Assembly (NCBI GenBank): GCA_040285855.1
Contig: JAUFOQ010000002.1
Location: 2,666,001-2,730,000 of the forward strand
DNA length: 64,000 bases
Origin: Eukaryota sp. GEM-RC1
Taxonomy: Eukaryota
Direction of reading: 5' to 3'
The notes under the pieces are model-generated. The model was given only the letters and a program-made list of their open reading frames with translations. It did no database searches and was not told the DNA's origin. A program made the position numbers and the translations under genes. Below are positions 12,125 through 24,964 of this stretch, piece after piece; positions within the stretch are counted from its first letter, which is position 1; the number at the start of each line of letters is the position of its first letter.

Positions 12125-14000
12125 GGTAAAATAACTAAAATTTGACATCATTAAAACAACACCCGTCGCTATCAAATCTTACAACAGCTTTGCCCTCATA
12201 AAAGGAACTCACAGCTAGTAATGCTTTGGAGATGATTAGGTGAATGGTTTTAAAACAGAAAAACCGTTACGATTCAACGATAAGATCTTATCAAAACGTT
12301 TGCACATCCTATTGTTTACGATTTGTCCGAAATCGTTTATGAACTTCAATGCACTTTTTCCTAAATTGTCATAGATTGATACATCAAAAGGGCATAACTC
12401 ATATTCAACGTGTTTTACAGTTTTAGAGCCATCAATATTTGTTTGTACTCATCCTGTCTGGATTCTTCAGAAATGTCTGAACGGGCGGTTTCAGAATAAG
12501 CATTCTTTAAGGACGTCTTTTTACAAACATCCACAGACAGCACATCGACAACTTACAATTTGTCTGAAAAGAATGGACAACAGCATCTGCTCTCCGTTTT
12601 CCAAAAAATTGGTTCTGTTTTTCGTCATTACAATTACTTTATGCTACAGGTTTTAGAAGTGGTTTAACAAATGATTCAATTTTGTAAGACTTGCGTATAA
12701 CAGGTACAGTCTACCCTCCCATTAAGGTCACCCTCTCATTAAGGTTTCCCCCCCCATTAAGGTAAAATTTTCACTGCCCACTTTTTGTCGTGTCCTTTTT
12801 TGATTCCCGTGCCCTTGCCATTGCACTACAGTTCTTAACATAAACTTTTTCGCTCTTCTATTTTTCGTATAACATCATTACATACCTTCTTTTCATGACA
12901 CTGTCAACCAGTTAAACAGTTCTCTGGATCCGTTACTTCGGCGATTTGTTGTGAATACCAGATCTATAGCACATCATCCCATCAGTTATCTGGTCTTTGA
13001 TCATGACGAATGCATCGACGAAGAAGAGGACGTACTGATCCATGAAGAAGAAGAGGAGCTCCTTGACACTGTTCTAAAGTTGTCCCTTGTTGATGGTCTT
13101 GAAATGGAAGACCTTCTTATGAACATCTCCCCTGCTGATGCCTGTAACTGCTGGATTTGAAGTTGTAGCCTTCCTCATTTCCTATATTGGTGCTTTCAGG
13201 TCCGTCCTTGACCTTTCTCGCTCTTATATCGCCCTCTCCGTTAGCACTAGTTCTCTCCTTCATCCATTTAGTAGATATGTGAGAGATTATTGCTATTTGC
13301 TGATGATTGAGTGTTGGGCAATATTTTTCCTCAATCCCACCACTTAAATTTGGACGACGATTACCCGTGGTGGTACAACCGTGCCATCTTCAATTCATCA
13401 CCAAATGGTGCACAATAGTCATAGTTTGTTGGTTTATTTATCATAAAAAGCTGTCGTCTGCTGTTCATGTCTGTACAATCAAAACCTCCCATTAAGGTAA
13501 AACTTTCATTAAGGTCTGCCCAAAAGCTTGCACTAATGGGAGGGTAGACTGTATTTGGTCTCTTTCGGAATCATGTATACAAGTTGAACATGTTGTGTAG
13601 CGGTTACAACTTGACAAATAAGTACAGATCAATTGCGTTCCAAGCTACATTTGGCCATACATAGCATCGAAGTCTCATCGTGGTGGTCCATTGATGATCA
13701 TTTAATAGTAGACCATACACTTGTGGAAGTTGATTAATTAATGCCACAGTAGTCATCTCCTTTAAATCAATTAAAAAATTAGCGAAACTTCTGAATTTTT
13801 CCTTATCCAAGCTAAAACAAACTGTAATACCTACAATTTCATATTATTTTAATAAATGATTTTGTAGCTTCTTTAAAGCAAATTTTAAAGATAAAATGTT
13901 TCGACAGGAAAATTTTGATATCAACAGGAAAGCAAGATGACCATAACTCAGGAGAAAGAATTGTTATTTAACCACAAAGATGATTGACACAGAATCTGCG
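12125..14000 (-). mobile_element. Decayed RLE-type (CRE-like) non-LTR retrotransposon 3' part, interrupted by a MITE
   Basis: FANFLIDL...LINQLPQVYGLLLND..W...MRLR is homologous to the 19166 ORF; 12140-12690 aligns at the DNA level to 60790-61299. Boundaries approximate. Confidence 0.75.
12707..13551. mobile_element. Non-autonomous Tc1/mariner (pogo-like) element (845 bp)
   Basis: Perfect 18-bp TIR CAGTCTACCCTCCCATTA; TA on both flanks (12705-12706, 13552-13553); subterminal CATTAAGGT repeats. Confidence 0.93.
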
Positions 14001-14389
14001 AGATATAATATATTATATGTTTTTCACACTTATTTTTTACACTTTTTACAATTGTTTTTGTGAGGGCCTACGTGTAGTAGTTTTCCGGTATGTTTACAAA
14101 ACAGTCTAAAGATTAATTAACGAAATACATCCAACTATCGTACTGTAGTATGTGAAAGATATCCAGTGTTCTTCATCTAATTTTGAACCAGGTAACAATT
14201 TGTCCAGTGCACGATTCCAACACTTTGAAATAAGCGTTTTTCATTTCAACTGCCTGTTTGGATGTTTACATATTACAAAGAGGGCTTTTGTCACAAATGT
14301 CATTAATCTAACACGTCGCAAATAACTCTTCTTTGTTTTCTACTTCACTTACAATGGATAGAATAGTTCACTACTAGTAATGGTTTTCA

Positions 14390-14900
14390 TGGGAAAATGG
14401 AACCGGTTTTGAATTCTTTGTCTGGTACAATTATGAGAGACAAGAGCAACGATGATTTGATTGGTCCACGTCTCAAGAAAGAATTATGGACTTTAATACA
14501 ATGCTCCTTGTAACTCAACAAAATTTTGGACCAAAAACCATCTCACTCTTGAAAATGCCGAAATAAAAAGACTGGTTCAGTATAATAAATTGGTTGCCGA
14601 GTTGAAAATTCGACGACACAAGCCTTTTGCTATTTCACTTTAATGAAAGATACACATTTTTGGACAACAAATTCTCACATTCCATTTGCTATTTCTATTT
14701 TTGGTAGTATTGGTGAAATGGCTTCTCAGCTTTTAACTGATTTTGGATCTCTCTGTAAGTCTCAGAATAAGAGCTTCAACTTATTAATTTGACATAACCG
14801 TTTCATTTTCTGTCTGTTCCACTCGATGCCTAAGTTTATTACATCAATTATCACGAAGTTGTATAAGAACTGTGGTAGTGCCAGGAATTTTCTATGTCTA
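14390..14900 (+). mobile_element. Highly decayed RLE-type retrotransposon endonuclease fragment
   Basis: Broken translation MEPVLNSL...ENAEIKRLVQYNK...PFAISIFGSIGEMASQLL resembles the C-terminal restriction-like endonuclease region; boundaries approximate. Confidence 0.5.
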
Positions 14901-15739
14901 GTGTTTCATAGCTTTTGTTTTTATGTCTATTTTTGTCCCCTTCATCTATAAACTTGTGTAATTCTCACATCTTTAGGTATATTAAGTTAACAATATGTAA
15001 AGAATTTTATAAACAGTTCTTATAGAAAAGAAGAAGGTTGTCATTTTCCCTTATTAAAGCAATGTTTCGGTATTTGATCTGATGTCGAGGTACTGGCATC
15101 TCATTTGTTCTTATTGACGGTTATCTATATTTTTAATGGTAAATAAAGGGTGATATTGATCTGTGTACTAAACTCAGAAGTCATTTCCACGTCGGTGAGA
15201 TGGCTTCTGAGACTAGTTCTTCATTGAGTTCGGGTCTACTATACGTAAGACTAAAAGTAAGAGAGTTAACTTATGTATTGGATTGATAAAATCGTTCAAT
15301 ATTTTTCTTTGCTTTGCTCGATACCCACTTTCATTAATTCACTTATCACCGAGATGCATAAGGGTGGGGCTGTTGATCATAAATTGTTTGTGTTTAGTGT
15401 TTCATAGATTATGTTTTTATATCAGTTTCTGTCCTGTTCATTGATATACAACAGTGAAACAAAAATAGATGAAATTTTGTGTGAGGCAATCAATTGCTGT
15501 GATTTTACAGAAGTTGTGCAGAAGAGTGCGAAATTACCATTCTAAACAAATACAAATTATACTCATTTATGAAACGTACTGCTGCAATTTATGTGTATAA
15601 TAGTCATTTCGCCATACTAGTTACCGAAATCGATTTCAAGGTCTTTTCCGTGGTGGGTGAAGAAAAAAATTGCTCAAAGGAAAGCAGTTTATGTGTGTAA
15701 AATTGCTGGAGTTGGGCGAAGTGTCTAGAAAGTGGTTGA

Positions 15740-16326
15740 TTAGCGTTTGCCACGGGTGTGATAATAGGGCTTAGCATGACCTCCGGGAACACCAGGAGCA
15801 CCACCACGTTTGCCAGCGAAATGTTTGACTGCTTCACGAGAATCCTTAGGACCTCTTAGGAGAACGGCGTTAGAGCCAGTGGGGGCACGTAGAGCTAATT
15901 GATCGAAGGTAATGATTTCACCACCTGCCTTTAGGATACGGGCACGAGCTCCTTCAGTGACACGGAGAGCACAAACAGTCATTTTAGGCACTTCATAAAG
16001 ACGTTCGTCATTGGTGATGGTACCAACGAGAACAGCGATATTCTCTTCCTTACCTTCCATGAATTTGACAAGCTTGGAAAGAGATAATGGGGCTCTAACG
16101 GTACGACTTTGGAACAGTCTCTTAAGAACAACTTTGTTGAACTCAGATCCAGTACGTCTATGTAAGAATCTGTACAGCTGATATCAGAAGTCAAGATCGA
16201 GAACAAACCTTAACTAAGAGTCCCAAGTAGTTATTCTTGGAAACCTGGGCGGTTCTTCCGGTCTTTTGGTGCGTCCAGCGTCAATTAAATCGATACCCTG
16301 AGGTGAATATAGTGTGATCGTACCAT
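15740..16326 (-). CDS. RPL18: 60S ribosomal protein eL18, two introns and one apparent 1-bp deletion
   Basis: ATG, 26-nt intron (16323-16298), [11 protein letters not shown]..., 31-nt intron (16208-16178), then [22 protein letters not shown]...[23 protein letters not shown]. One A is missing in the run near 16265. Confidence 0.95.
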
Positions 16327-17196
16327 TCAGATGTTGAGCAAAAGGAATTTTTCTTTTCACAAGTTGTGTAGACTTGGCATTGCCTGCTTGGCAATCTGGA
16401 ATCTGTTGGGCTTCCGCTTCAGTTCCATTTCCACTTCTACATCTCTTGAAATCGGTTTCGTTTTCCGTTTCTCGTTCACTCTTGAATTAAGCTACATCTC
16501 CTTTTCCTTCACATGCCCTTTGGAGGGAATAACAAAAGAACTACACACTACTTTAGAGGTTCAGTGATTCGAATCTGATCATCCTTCAACCACACCTTTT
16601 ACTCTGATCAGTTGTCAAGTAATCACGAAGACATTCTTGCACCTCTGGTAATTTGATTTGAGTCAGTTACAAAAAGAATGATTCATAGACTGATGTTGCT
16701 TTTGCTGATAAACAACTCAATGCTTGAGAGTATAACTCTGGAAACGCAGACTTATTTCCCTTATGAACATTCACCAAAGGAGATATCCCTTCAGATAAGT
16801 ATTTTTCTGGTTCATCTACAGGACCACCGTTCTCTGTTTGAGTTTTTCTTTCGATTTTCTCAAACTGCGAAGTCTTCTTTTCATGGTGTAATTCACATTA
16901 CTTACTGTATTGTAATTTTCAATCAGTGAACATTTTCACTACTACTGTTGTACTTGAGTATTTCAATGTGTCTGTTGATGGACAAAAACTCGCGAGTTTG
17001 CGGAAAAATGTTTCAAAAATCGCTTGATCGTCGTTTTCAATTCCTAATATTTGCTACTTTTGAAGAGTTCATATGTAGATAAAGATCCATATAATTTGGC
17101 ACTATCAAAGTAGTGAATCTATAGTACTGTATTGATATCTACTGTATTATGTTGGAAAACTGCAATGAAATAACACCAATTTATTTACTCAAATGT

Positions 17197-18509
17197 TCAC
17201 AACAACTGAATCAACTTCTCAACAAAAGAAGGATTCATGAAGTAATCAGCATGAGAAACACCTTTCATTGGAACCCAAGTAATAGGCTCAACCTGATGTT
17301 TCTGCCAATGCTTAGCAATCTCAATCATTGAGTCAACTTCGACAGTTCCATCACCACGACTGAACTTATCCACAGTAGAGATAAAGCCACCCTTCTCAAG
17401 AGAAGAAAAGTGATACCTTCTGGGAACCTGAATGTCGGTGCTACCAATCAAGGTAACGTTAACACCAGGACTTGCCTCGGGTTCAACAGCGAAAATGTTC
17501 CAGTTAAGAAACTCTGCTTGGGAGTGTGCAGATACATCGGAACGGCGGTACATTTGAGAAATGTTAGAAGCTGAATACTCAACATCATCAATTGAGGCAA
17601 GAACCTCATCACCATAGAGGAAAGATCTTGGACTGAGAGTGGCAACAGAAGTCCACTTATCAAACAATCTCTTGGAAAGATCAATGGACAAGGTGGGAAG
17701 ACCATAGTTCTCACCAACAACGATGTTGTGATAGACACCTGGGGATCCTCCAAATGGAGCACCAGCGGCAATGAAACGCTTGACAAACTTGGCTTTCCAA
17801 TCAGATGGTTGTCGTGCTAAGAAATCAGCAGTCAAGAGGCCACCCATAGAGTGTGCGAGGAGAACAACTGGAGAGTTGTTGTTCTTATAGTAGGCGGTCT
17901 CAGTGAGGTCTTTCAAACGATCATGGAGAGAATGCCGGTTGAGAGCAACAGAATGTCGGAAATCGTAGGGCAACGCGAACACAGATTCCCCTCGTTTCAT
18001 ACCCAATTGATGAAGGGTTTCAATGAACATGTACATGTAGCCAGTCTTCCATTTGAATCCAGGATTGATATGTTCACATGCATACGTGTCACCGTTGAGA
18101 TAGTCACCAATGGGACGGGTTTCCACGCCAGTAGAGCTGAAACACTGTTGAAGGTGCCAATCACATTCAGCCTCGAAGTTGGATACCCAACAGTTGACAG
18201 TGTCGGGAAGAAACGCAGAGAACGACAACCAGGACAGATTCCAATCTCTAGTAGAACTACAATACCAATGATCGGTTACCTTGTCCCATTTTTGTTCCAA
18301 AGAAGTGCCAACAAAACCAGGAATTAAAACCACTGGGTTGGGCAAAAGTTCTTGGAACCTATTTTACCCACAAGATTACCAATATCAGATGAGATCTGAG
18401 TGAGAGGTCGGAATTGAGGTTTAAATGAAGAAACAGTGGCTGCATGTTGAAGGAAGAACAACCAAATAATGGAGACTTGTGTACAGACCTTGAAGAGTGA
18501 AACGTTCAT
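17197..18509 (-). CDS. LCAT / group XV phospholipase A2-family acyltransferase with a hydrophobic N-terminus
   Basis: PVVLIPG, ALPYDFR, AHSMGG nucleophile elbow, GDGTV and VSH. The upstream ATG (18509) and hydrophobic leader join the main ORF if one T is added to the run near 18345. Confidence 0.9.
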
Positions 18510-18699
18510 GAGTTCAAAAAAGTGTGAGCGGAAATTTTCTTCTTTGGGAAGTTTCACTTGGTCTCTTTGAAAGTGTTCAGTTCACCGGGAATGAAAACTG
18601 AAGTTACCGATTGAACCGATCGCATTTTATATCACATGAGTTATGAGATGATGTGTCACTCATTTTCATTCGAATACTGCATTTCTCCGAATTCTTGTT

Positions 18700-20367
18700 T
18701 GAACTGTTTCACACGGATCTTGATGTCGAAATTAAGTATTTAAAGCATCGGATAATATTTTAATAAATTTGTCTGGAAGCAAAATATGCGTCTTCTGTAG
18801 AGCTTCTAGTGGATCCCTATATTTATGACATATTAGGTTTATCTCTGAACCCAGACAAATGTTTATTAAGTGGTAGATCTACACAAGAATTATTTATTAA
18901 TGGAGTTCAGATTCCATTTATTAATTGTGTTGAAGACGCTTTTCGTTTTCTGGGATGTTGACTTGGGAATGTTCTTAAAACTTCTCAAGAATTATCTAAT
19001 TGTTTGCAAAAATTGGTTCAGAACTCAACACAATTTCTTCATCTGATATTGAAAAACATGTTAAGTTTTTTATTTTAAAAATTTGCTACTCCGGGAATAT
19101 GACACATCTTTTGAGATCTACTGCTCCTTCAATCGCTCTGAACTTTTGTAGATCTTTTTAACGAGTTGAGGATTACTATTTTTGCTTCATTGTTAAAAGT
19201 TGATTCAACGTTACTTAGAAGTCATTTGTTTGCTTCTGCTCATTTTGGTGGTATTGGATTTACCAAATCGTCAATTCTTTGCAAATCTGCTTTTTTAGGG
19301 GGCGGAAAAAATTTCATTTTTGAATTTGTCAATCGATTTCCTAATGATATTTCACTTATTAACCCCAATTCATGTAAATATTTATTTCACTTAAACGAAG
19401 CGTTGATCAAATTACCTTTTGACGTTTGGTCTCAGTGTTTCCCAGAATTTGTGTCTGAAATACCTGAAAGATGTTTGATCAATCTTCAGTTCTGTCTGAA
19501 AAAATTACAACAGAAACTCACAAATATTTTTGAAAGCTTGGATTATAATGTTCGACTTGGCATGGCCAAGGAAAAAAATCCCGCTTTTGCAAATTTCTTA
19601 ACGGATGTTTCTAATAGCTCTGCTTCATGTCTGATTACACAAATCCCTCGAGTTTACGGTCTTCTTCTTGATGATAACTCGTGGTCATTAAACATGCGTT
19701 TACGGTCATATCTTTGGCCTGATAACCTTCCACATAATTTGAAATGCCAATGTGGGCAATCTGTAACACCTACACATTTATCGAATTGTAACCGTCTTAT
19801 TTCTTTTAGAAGTAAGGTTCATGATTCAGTAAGGGATCAATTATATTGTATGTGTAAATCTTATGGAATAGTTTCCTTTTTAGAACCAGTTTTGGCTGGT
19901 TTGGTTGATGATACAGATGTTGACAGTTCGTTTGGAAATAGCCGTGGTGATGTCATATTTCCTGGTCTCGATAATTCTTCATTATTGCTGATGTTATGTC
20001 TATCGACGTTTTGTAATAGTTCCAACAAGAAACTTGCTAAATCTAATGCTAAGAACCCTCTGTTGATTGGTGAAATATATATAATGGGAAAATATTGTGC
20101 TGCATTACGGTTCTTTATTCTTTATGTGAATCGGCAACATTATTACTTGAAATCTTTGTGAAGATTGTAAAAGAAAAAACATCTAGGAATTTTGATATTA
20201 GATTTTGGAAGACTTCTGTATCTAGCGCTTTATTATCTCTTGGCAGACAATATGAGAAATAAGGTAGGTGAGAATTTCCAGATAGGCAATCTGGACTTTG
20301 ATGATATTGATTATTAGATGTTTGTACACTGTAGTGTTGTTGTCAATAATAATAAATTGAAAAAAAA
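18700..20367 (+). mobile_element. 5'-truncated, decayed RLE-type (CRE-like) non-LTR retrotransposon
   Basis: RT C-terminal remnants GLSLNPDKC and FRFLGC; GGIG motif; Zn knuckle CQCG..THLSNC..HDSVRD; EP...RGDV endonuclease motif; short A tract at 20360-20367. Confidence 0.85.
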
Positions 20368-21074
20368 GTTGTAGAAAAAAAGTTGATCCCCAGTGGTTTG
20401 TTTTATAACTCAGTTTGTAATTGAGTTAACAGTTGTTAGTTAACTACATGTAGACAGTTTTGTGATGTCAGTGTATTTTATTAAGATTCCATTGTACCTC
20501 ACTCATTTTGTCGTAACTATTTTGGTTGAGAATTTTCGAATACAATAACTCAGAATTGTGGGTCAGTACATTATTCTAGTGTATATTTCCATGCTGTTAT
20601 AATTCAACCTCATGAAAAAGGACACTTGTAGTGTACTTGTATCTCATATCCCCTCAAATTGGAACTGATAATTTCCAACCCTATATCGAGAATTGATATT
20701 ACGATAAAAGTTGTAAAGAACGCTGGTACTTTGCAGCGTTCCTTGTCATGAACAGGTTTTTCACTGGTATTTATCAACAACAAGATGTTATGAAAGTCAC
20801 TGAAACTGAACTTGGATGAAGATTTTGTCTTGGCAATATCGCCAATTGAACCCTTCCAGAATGTAAGTCAAGCAAGAAGACGAAACGAAACTATTCACTG
20901 TGGTTGTACCAACTTACACATTGTAATACTACAGTTGATCAAATAGCATTTCACTGTGTATAGTCAGAATTTTACATAATACTGTACGGTTTTTATAAAA
21001 CTTATGAAATGTTTAATCCTATATTGACAGTAACAAATTGGTGCCTCTTTAGCAGCAATATATTTATTTAACTA

Positions 21075-21262
21075 CACTGGTCACAACAATTAGTCTCAGT
21101 GAGACTAATTCATAACCTAGTTTCAAAATGGTCTATTCATAAATTAGTCTCACCGAGACTAATTTTCATCTAGCGAAAGTTGCCTCTAAAATGTCGAAAA
21201 GGACGCAAAACATAGTCTCAGTGAGACTAATTTTGAACTGAGACTAAATAGTTTGACCACTG
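21075..21262. mobile_element. Tc1/mariner-type MITE (188 bp)
   Basis: Imperfect ~26-bp TIR (CACTGGTCACAACAATTAGTCTCAGT vs CAGTGGTCAAACTATTTAGTCTCAGT); TA on both flanks; three internal TAGTCTC(N3)GAGACTA palindromes. Confidence 0.82.
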
Positions 21263-21964
21263 TAGTAGTTTTTATTGACAACAACACTACAGTGTACATA
21301 CATACATCTAATAATCAATAGCCTCAAAGTCCAGATTGCCTATAACTAAAAGAAGCAGTGTAGCGATAATAATAATGTGGTTTTGATACTCGTCGTGGTG
21401 ATCCAATTGCCACTTCTACGGTTAGTCTCAAGTTGTGGTTGATTTTGCTACAGTTGATAAAGTTAATTCTACGTTGTCTAAGGACAACTTCCAAGTTGAT
21501 GTTTAGAACTTGATATACATGAACTGAATTCATTTACTCAATTGTTATCACACTTATAACATTATTTCGAAAAGGCGCCAAAGGGATACTCGGTAGCACT
21601 TCCATTATTTGTTCAAAAGTTGATAAAACAATAGGAATGAATCTTAACGAAGAACACTAGTTGGCAACCCTTTATTTTTGTTATTAACTGATTTAGAAAA
21701 ATTGAGATGTATTGAACCACGATTCATTTCAGTTTAGTTTCAAACCAGTTCCAAATTGGATCAAATCGGTTGGATATATATACTATAGCTGTTACAGGTT
21801 CGTGAAATTATTTGGAACTCAGTCTGATCAGTTCGGAACAGTAAATGCATCACATCAACTATATGTACAATGTATTTTTCTATCAAATCATTCCTCCAGT
21901 GAGTTCACAATGTATGAATGGCAAAACCGTACAGTACTGTGTTTTCTATTGATCGGAATAGACT

Positions 21965-22143
21965 ATTCTATTTCTCTCGATTAGTTGAGAAGTTGTACAA
22001 GTTTGTTGTGAAGGTTAATGTTGAGAAGCGTAATTATTTATTTGATAGGGATGAATTCGTATGGATTTAGTCTTAGTATTATTTCTTTGGTTTGACGAAC
22101 TGATGTTGTTGTAGGACGGTTTCCTTTTGGGTACAGACTAAAG
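21965..22143. repeat. Dispersed ~185-bp repeat, copy 2
   Basis: Collinear similarity to 9296-9480 and 25663-25850. Confidence 0.7.
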
Positions 22144-23167
22144 CCAACGTTCAGTGAACATTGGTGGACAAAGTCCTTATGTTTATAATAATAATCTGTG
22201 TTGTATCAAAAATGACACTCTGTTTAAATCAATTTAAAACCGTCATTCAATTTCCTTCTAAACATTCACTTAGTTGTTCCAAGAAACTTTGACTTTGCTT
22301 GTGAAAATGAATGCCAGGCTCTTTTTAAGTAGGAAATGATGATAGAATCTGTAGAGGCTTTGATTTGAAAGAGAATTAATTATGAGATTACATGTCAATC
22401 GAAATCAAAGGAATTATCGTAATGTTCGTTTGTGCATTGTATTAGTTGCATCTGTGTGCATAAGTGTCAATTATAGATCAGATCAATAATTTACAACAGT
22501 TTGTTTCTTGCAGTTTCTTTGTATGGAAATTTTGGTTCATCTACCAAGGAGTAAAATGTATTTGAAAATTTGTGCTCAGAATTTGACAAGAACTTTAACA
22601 GATCGTACTGGAAGAGAAAATTTGCTTTTTCGATTTTTAGGTCTATGTATAGATAAGTTGATTCCATTTTGTCAAGGTTGTTTGGAGGCAACTACTTTTC
22701 GGAATTAGGTAGTTCGTTTGATAATTTGTTTTAATACTGTTTATTTATTGGTTGTTTTCTTGTTGTGTGTTTTTCTCCGTAAATAGATCCGTTTGTTTTT
22801 GTAGTATTTGTTACTCTTCTGTTGTAATTACTAATTACAAAGAATGTGTGATTAAGTTGTCAATTTTCAAATTCTCCAAGAACAAACTTATGGTGTACTA
22901 ACGATTAATAGTCATTTCGTCACATCAGAAATGATGTATTTAACGAAATGAACTTCTGGTCCAAGGTGCTGATCATTGCAATGTTAAGATGTAATGCAAT
23001 TCAGTTTCTAATATAACTAACAAACCGACTTATTATTTGTTTGTTTTTACAATTTCATAGTTTTGTAGGAAGGTTACCTTATTGGGTACCGAATAGAGTC
23101 TGTCTCTTAACTGACTTAGAAAAACAACATAAATACAAGAAAATTTACAAACCAATTCAACTCATAA

Positions 23168-23830
23168 CTAAACTGATATTCCCGCAGCCTCTTCCTGTTC
23201 AGCAGGTGATTCGTGAGTAGATGGCATTAAAACAATCTTTTCTAAAGGTTTCCGATCCATTGGACACGTGGACAGTTTTTTACCACAATCATGACAGCAT
23301 ATCAAATGTGCACATGGAAGAAACAGACAATCAGCAGATTTCGCATAACAAATAATACATGGATGAAGCGGCCTGTCTTCTTCAATTTGCACATCCTTTG
23401 TTGTATCTAACGAACTATCAGGGAAAAACTCTAAATCTATAATAGGCAGACTATGAATATACAACTCAGTCCCAAGGGAAACCCAAAAGAGTACAACAAA
23501 AACACTACCACTAATAACGATGTTTGACGTGATGGAGAAGATGAAATCAGGAACAATGGGTCCCAGAACTCTGTAGTATAAGAAAAAGCCATAAATGAAC
23601 ATGACTATAAATGTGATTGGTTGAACATAACGGGAAAGTGTTTTCAAACGGAAAGCAACAGTAATGAGGTCAGATGTGCACAGAAAGAAAGCAATGATGG
23701 CAAAGTAGATGTTCATACCATAGCGGAACCATCCGAAAAGATGACATATTGAAGATACAACAGCCAGAAAGGAAATGGTAGCAGAAAAAGATGCTAAAAC
23801 CAAAACAAACTTCTTTTCACCACTGGCCAT
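23168..23830 (-). CDS. Multi-pass membrane protein with a C-terminal C3HC4 RING finger (probable E3 ligase)
   Basis: About four hydrophobic segments, then CIICYAKSADCLFLPCAHLICCHDCGKKLSTCPMDR; first ATG at 23830. Confidence 0.85.
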   Translation of the reverse strand: MASGEKKFVLVLASFSATISFLAVVSSICHLFGWFRYGMNIYFAIIAFFLCTSDLITVAFRLKTLSRYVQPITFIVMFIYGFFLYYRVLGPIVPDFIFSITSNIVISGSVFVVLFWVSLGTELYIHSLPIIDLEFFPDSSLDTTKDVQIEEDRPLHPCIICYAKSADCLFLPCAHLICCHDCGKKLSTCPMDRKPLEKIVLMPSTHESPAEQEEAAGISV

Positions 23831-23893
23831 TATGCAATTGGGGAGACAGAGTAGAAGAAAATCAGACTTCGTAAGATAGTAGAGGACATCTTC

Positions 23894-24293
23894 ATCGAAA
23901 AAAATATATTGTAATGCAATATGTTGAAATAAATTATATTGCAATAAATATTACACGTCTTTTGATGCGCAATATATTTATTGCAACAAAGGGTTTATTG
24001 CAATTTATTCCAATATATTTCCACTATATTGCAATATATCACAACGAGATTTATGCAGAGTAACTCTTACAAGTCTTGTTCATAAGAACACTTTCTTTCA
24101 CTGCATATCCACTAAGTCCAAAAAAAGTTAAAAGGGGGACAGTTGGTTTCTACATCTCTATTGTCATCACTAAACACATACTTCAAGCAATGAGATTTGT
24201 GGAAACTGGTACATGTGTTTATTTACGTATCAATAAAGACACGTTCCAATCATAGTGGCACCCAACAATACAATTTATTTTTTTCGATCCCTG
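23894..24293. mobile_element. Degenerate TIR element remnant (hAT-like)
   Basis: ATCGAAAAAAATATATTG at the left is an inverted match to CAATTTATTTTTTTCGATCCCTG at the right; ATTGCAAT subterminal repeats; no TSD found. Confidence 0.4.
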
Positions 24294-24670
24294 CCCAGAG
24301 TCTGTACCAGGAAGCGGGAAGTCTTATCATGTAGTAGATGGGACTGTAAAGAACGTGGTATACGTACGTGACGATGTAGTCACGCATACATCACATCATA
24401 GGAACCATTGAAGTAAATAAGTATTGATACCAACAGAAGAGCAAAGTAGAAAGATGGGTTGTGAAGTCTGAGCGTACATTATGATCAGAAGAGGTGTCAA
24501 GATTTACAGTACGGTAAGAAGTATAATTAATGTTCTTATGCATGTATCTGAAAGAATAACCGACTAAAAGCTCTGATGTTCTACTATTGGTGGATTTTCG
24601 GTCAATAAATTTCAGCAGGACGTCTCAATTTCTTACATTTTCACGAACCAAATTTTACCCAAAATATTGC

Positions 24671-24964
24671 AATAGAATACGTTTAAATTGTATTAAATTA
24701 TATTCATTAGAGTAAACTTGAGTAGAGCTGACTCACAAACAGAAACATAGTCTTGACTCGACTCATAAGTCAAATGAGCCTGACTCGAGCTGACTCACAG
24801 ACAGAGACATAGGCTTGACTCGACTCATGAGTTAATTGAGCCTGACTCGAGCTGACTCACGGACAAAGATACAGGCTTGACTCGACTCATAAGTCAAATG
24901 AGCCTGACTCGAGCTGACTGACTCAAAGCTCAGCGAGTCAGCTTGATTCAAAATTACAATCCTA
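24671..24964. mobile_element. One-ended inverted copy of the 56728-57350 hAT-type element, with three tandem 62-bp units
   Basis: Reverse-complement match to 56728-56897; units begin at 24725, 24787 and 24849; ends in ...TTACAATCCTA. Confidence 0.85.

Noticed and set aside
15725..15753. Possible 29-nt intron (GTGGCA..CTAAT..TTCTAG) spanning the eL18 stop codon
   Set aside because: The donor is non-consensus and splicing yields no conserved eL18 tail.
20600..20900. Possible pogo DDE transposase trace (HIPSN..TDNFQP)
   Set aside because: A single short motif needing a frameshift, with no TIRs found.
24725..24910. Regularly spaced GACTC-rich repeats resembling a CRISPR array
   Set aside because: Whole 62-bp units are repeated with no unique spacers, there are no cas genes, and the block is part of a TIR element.
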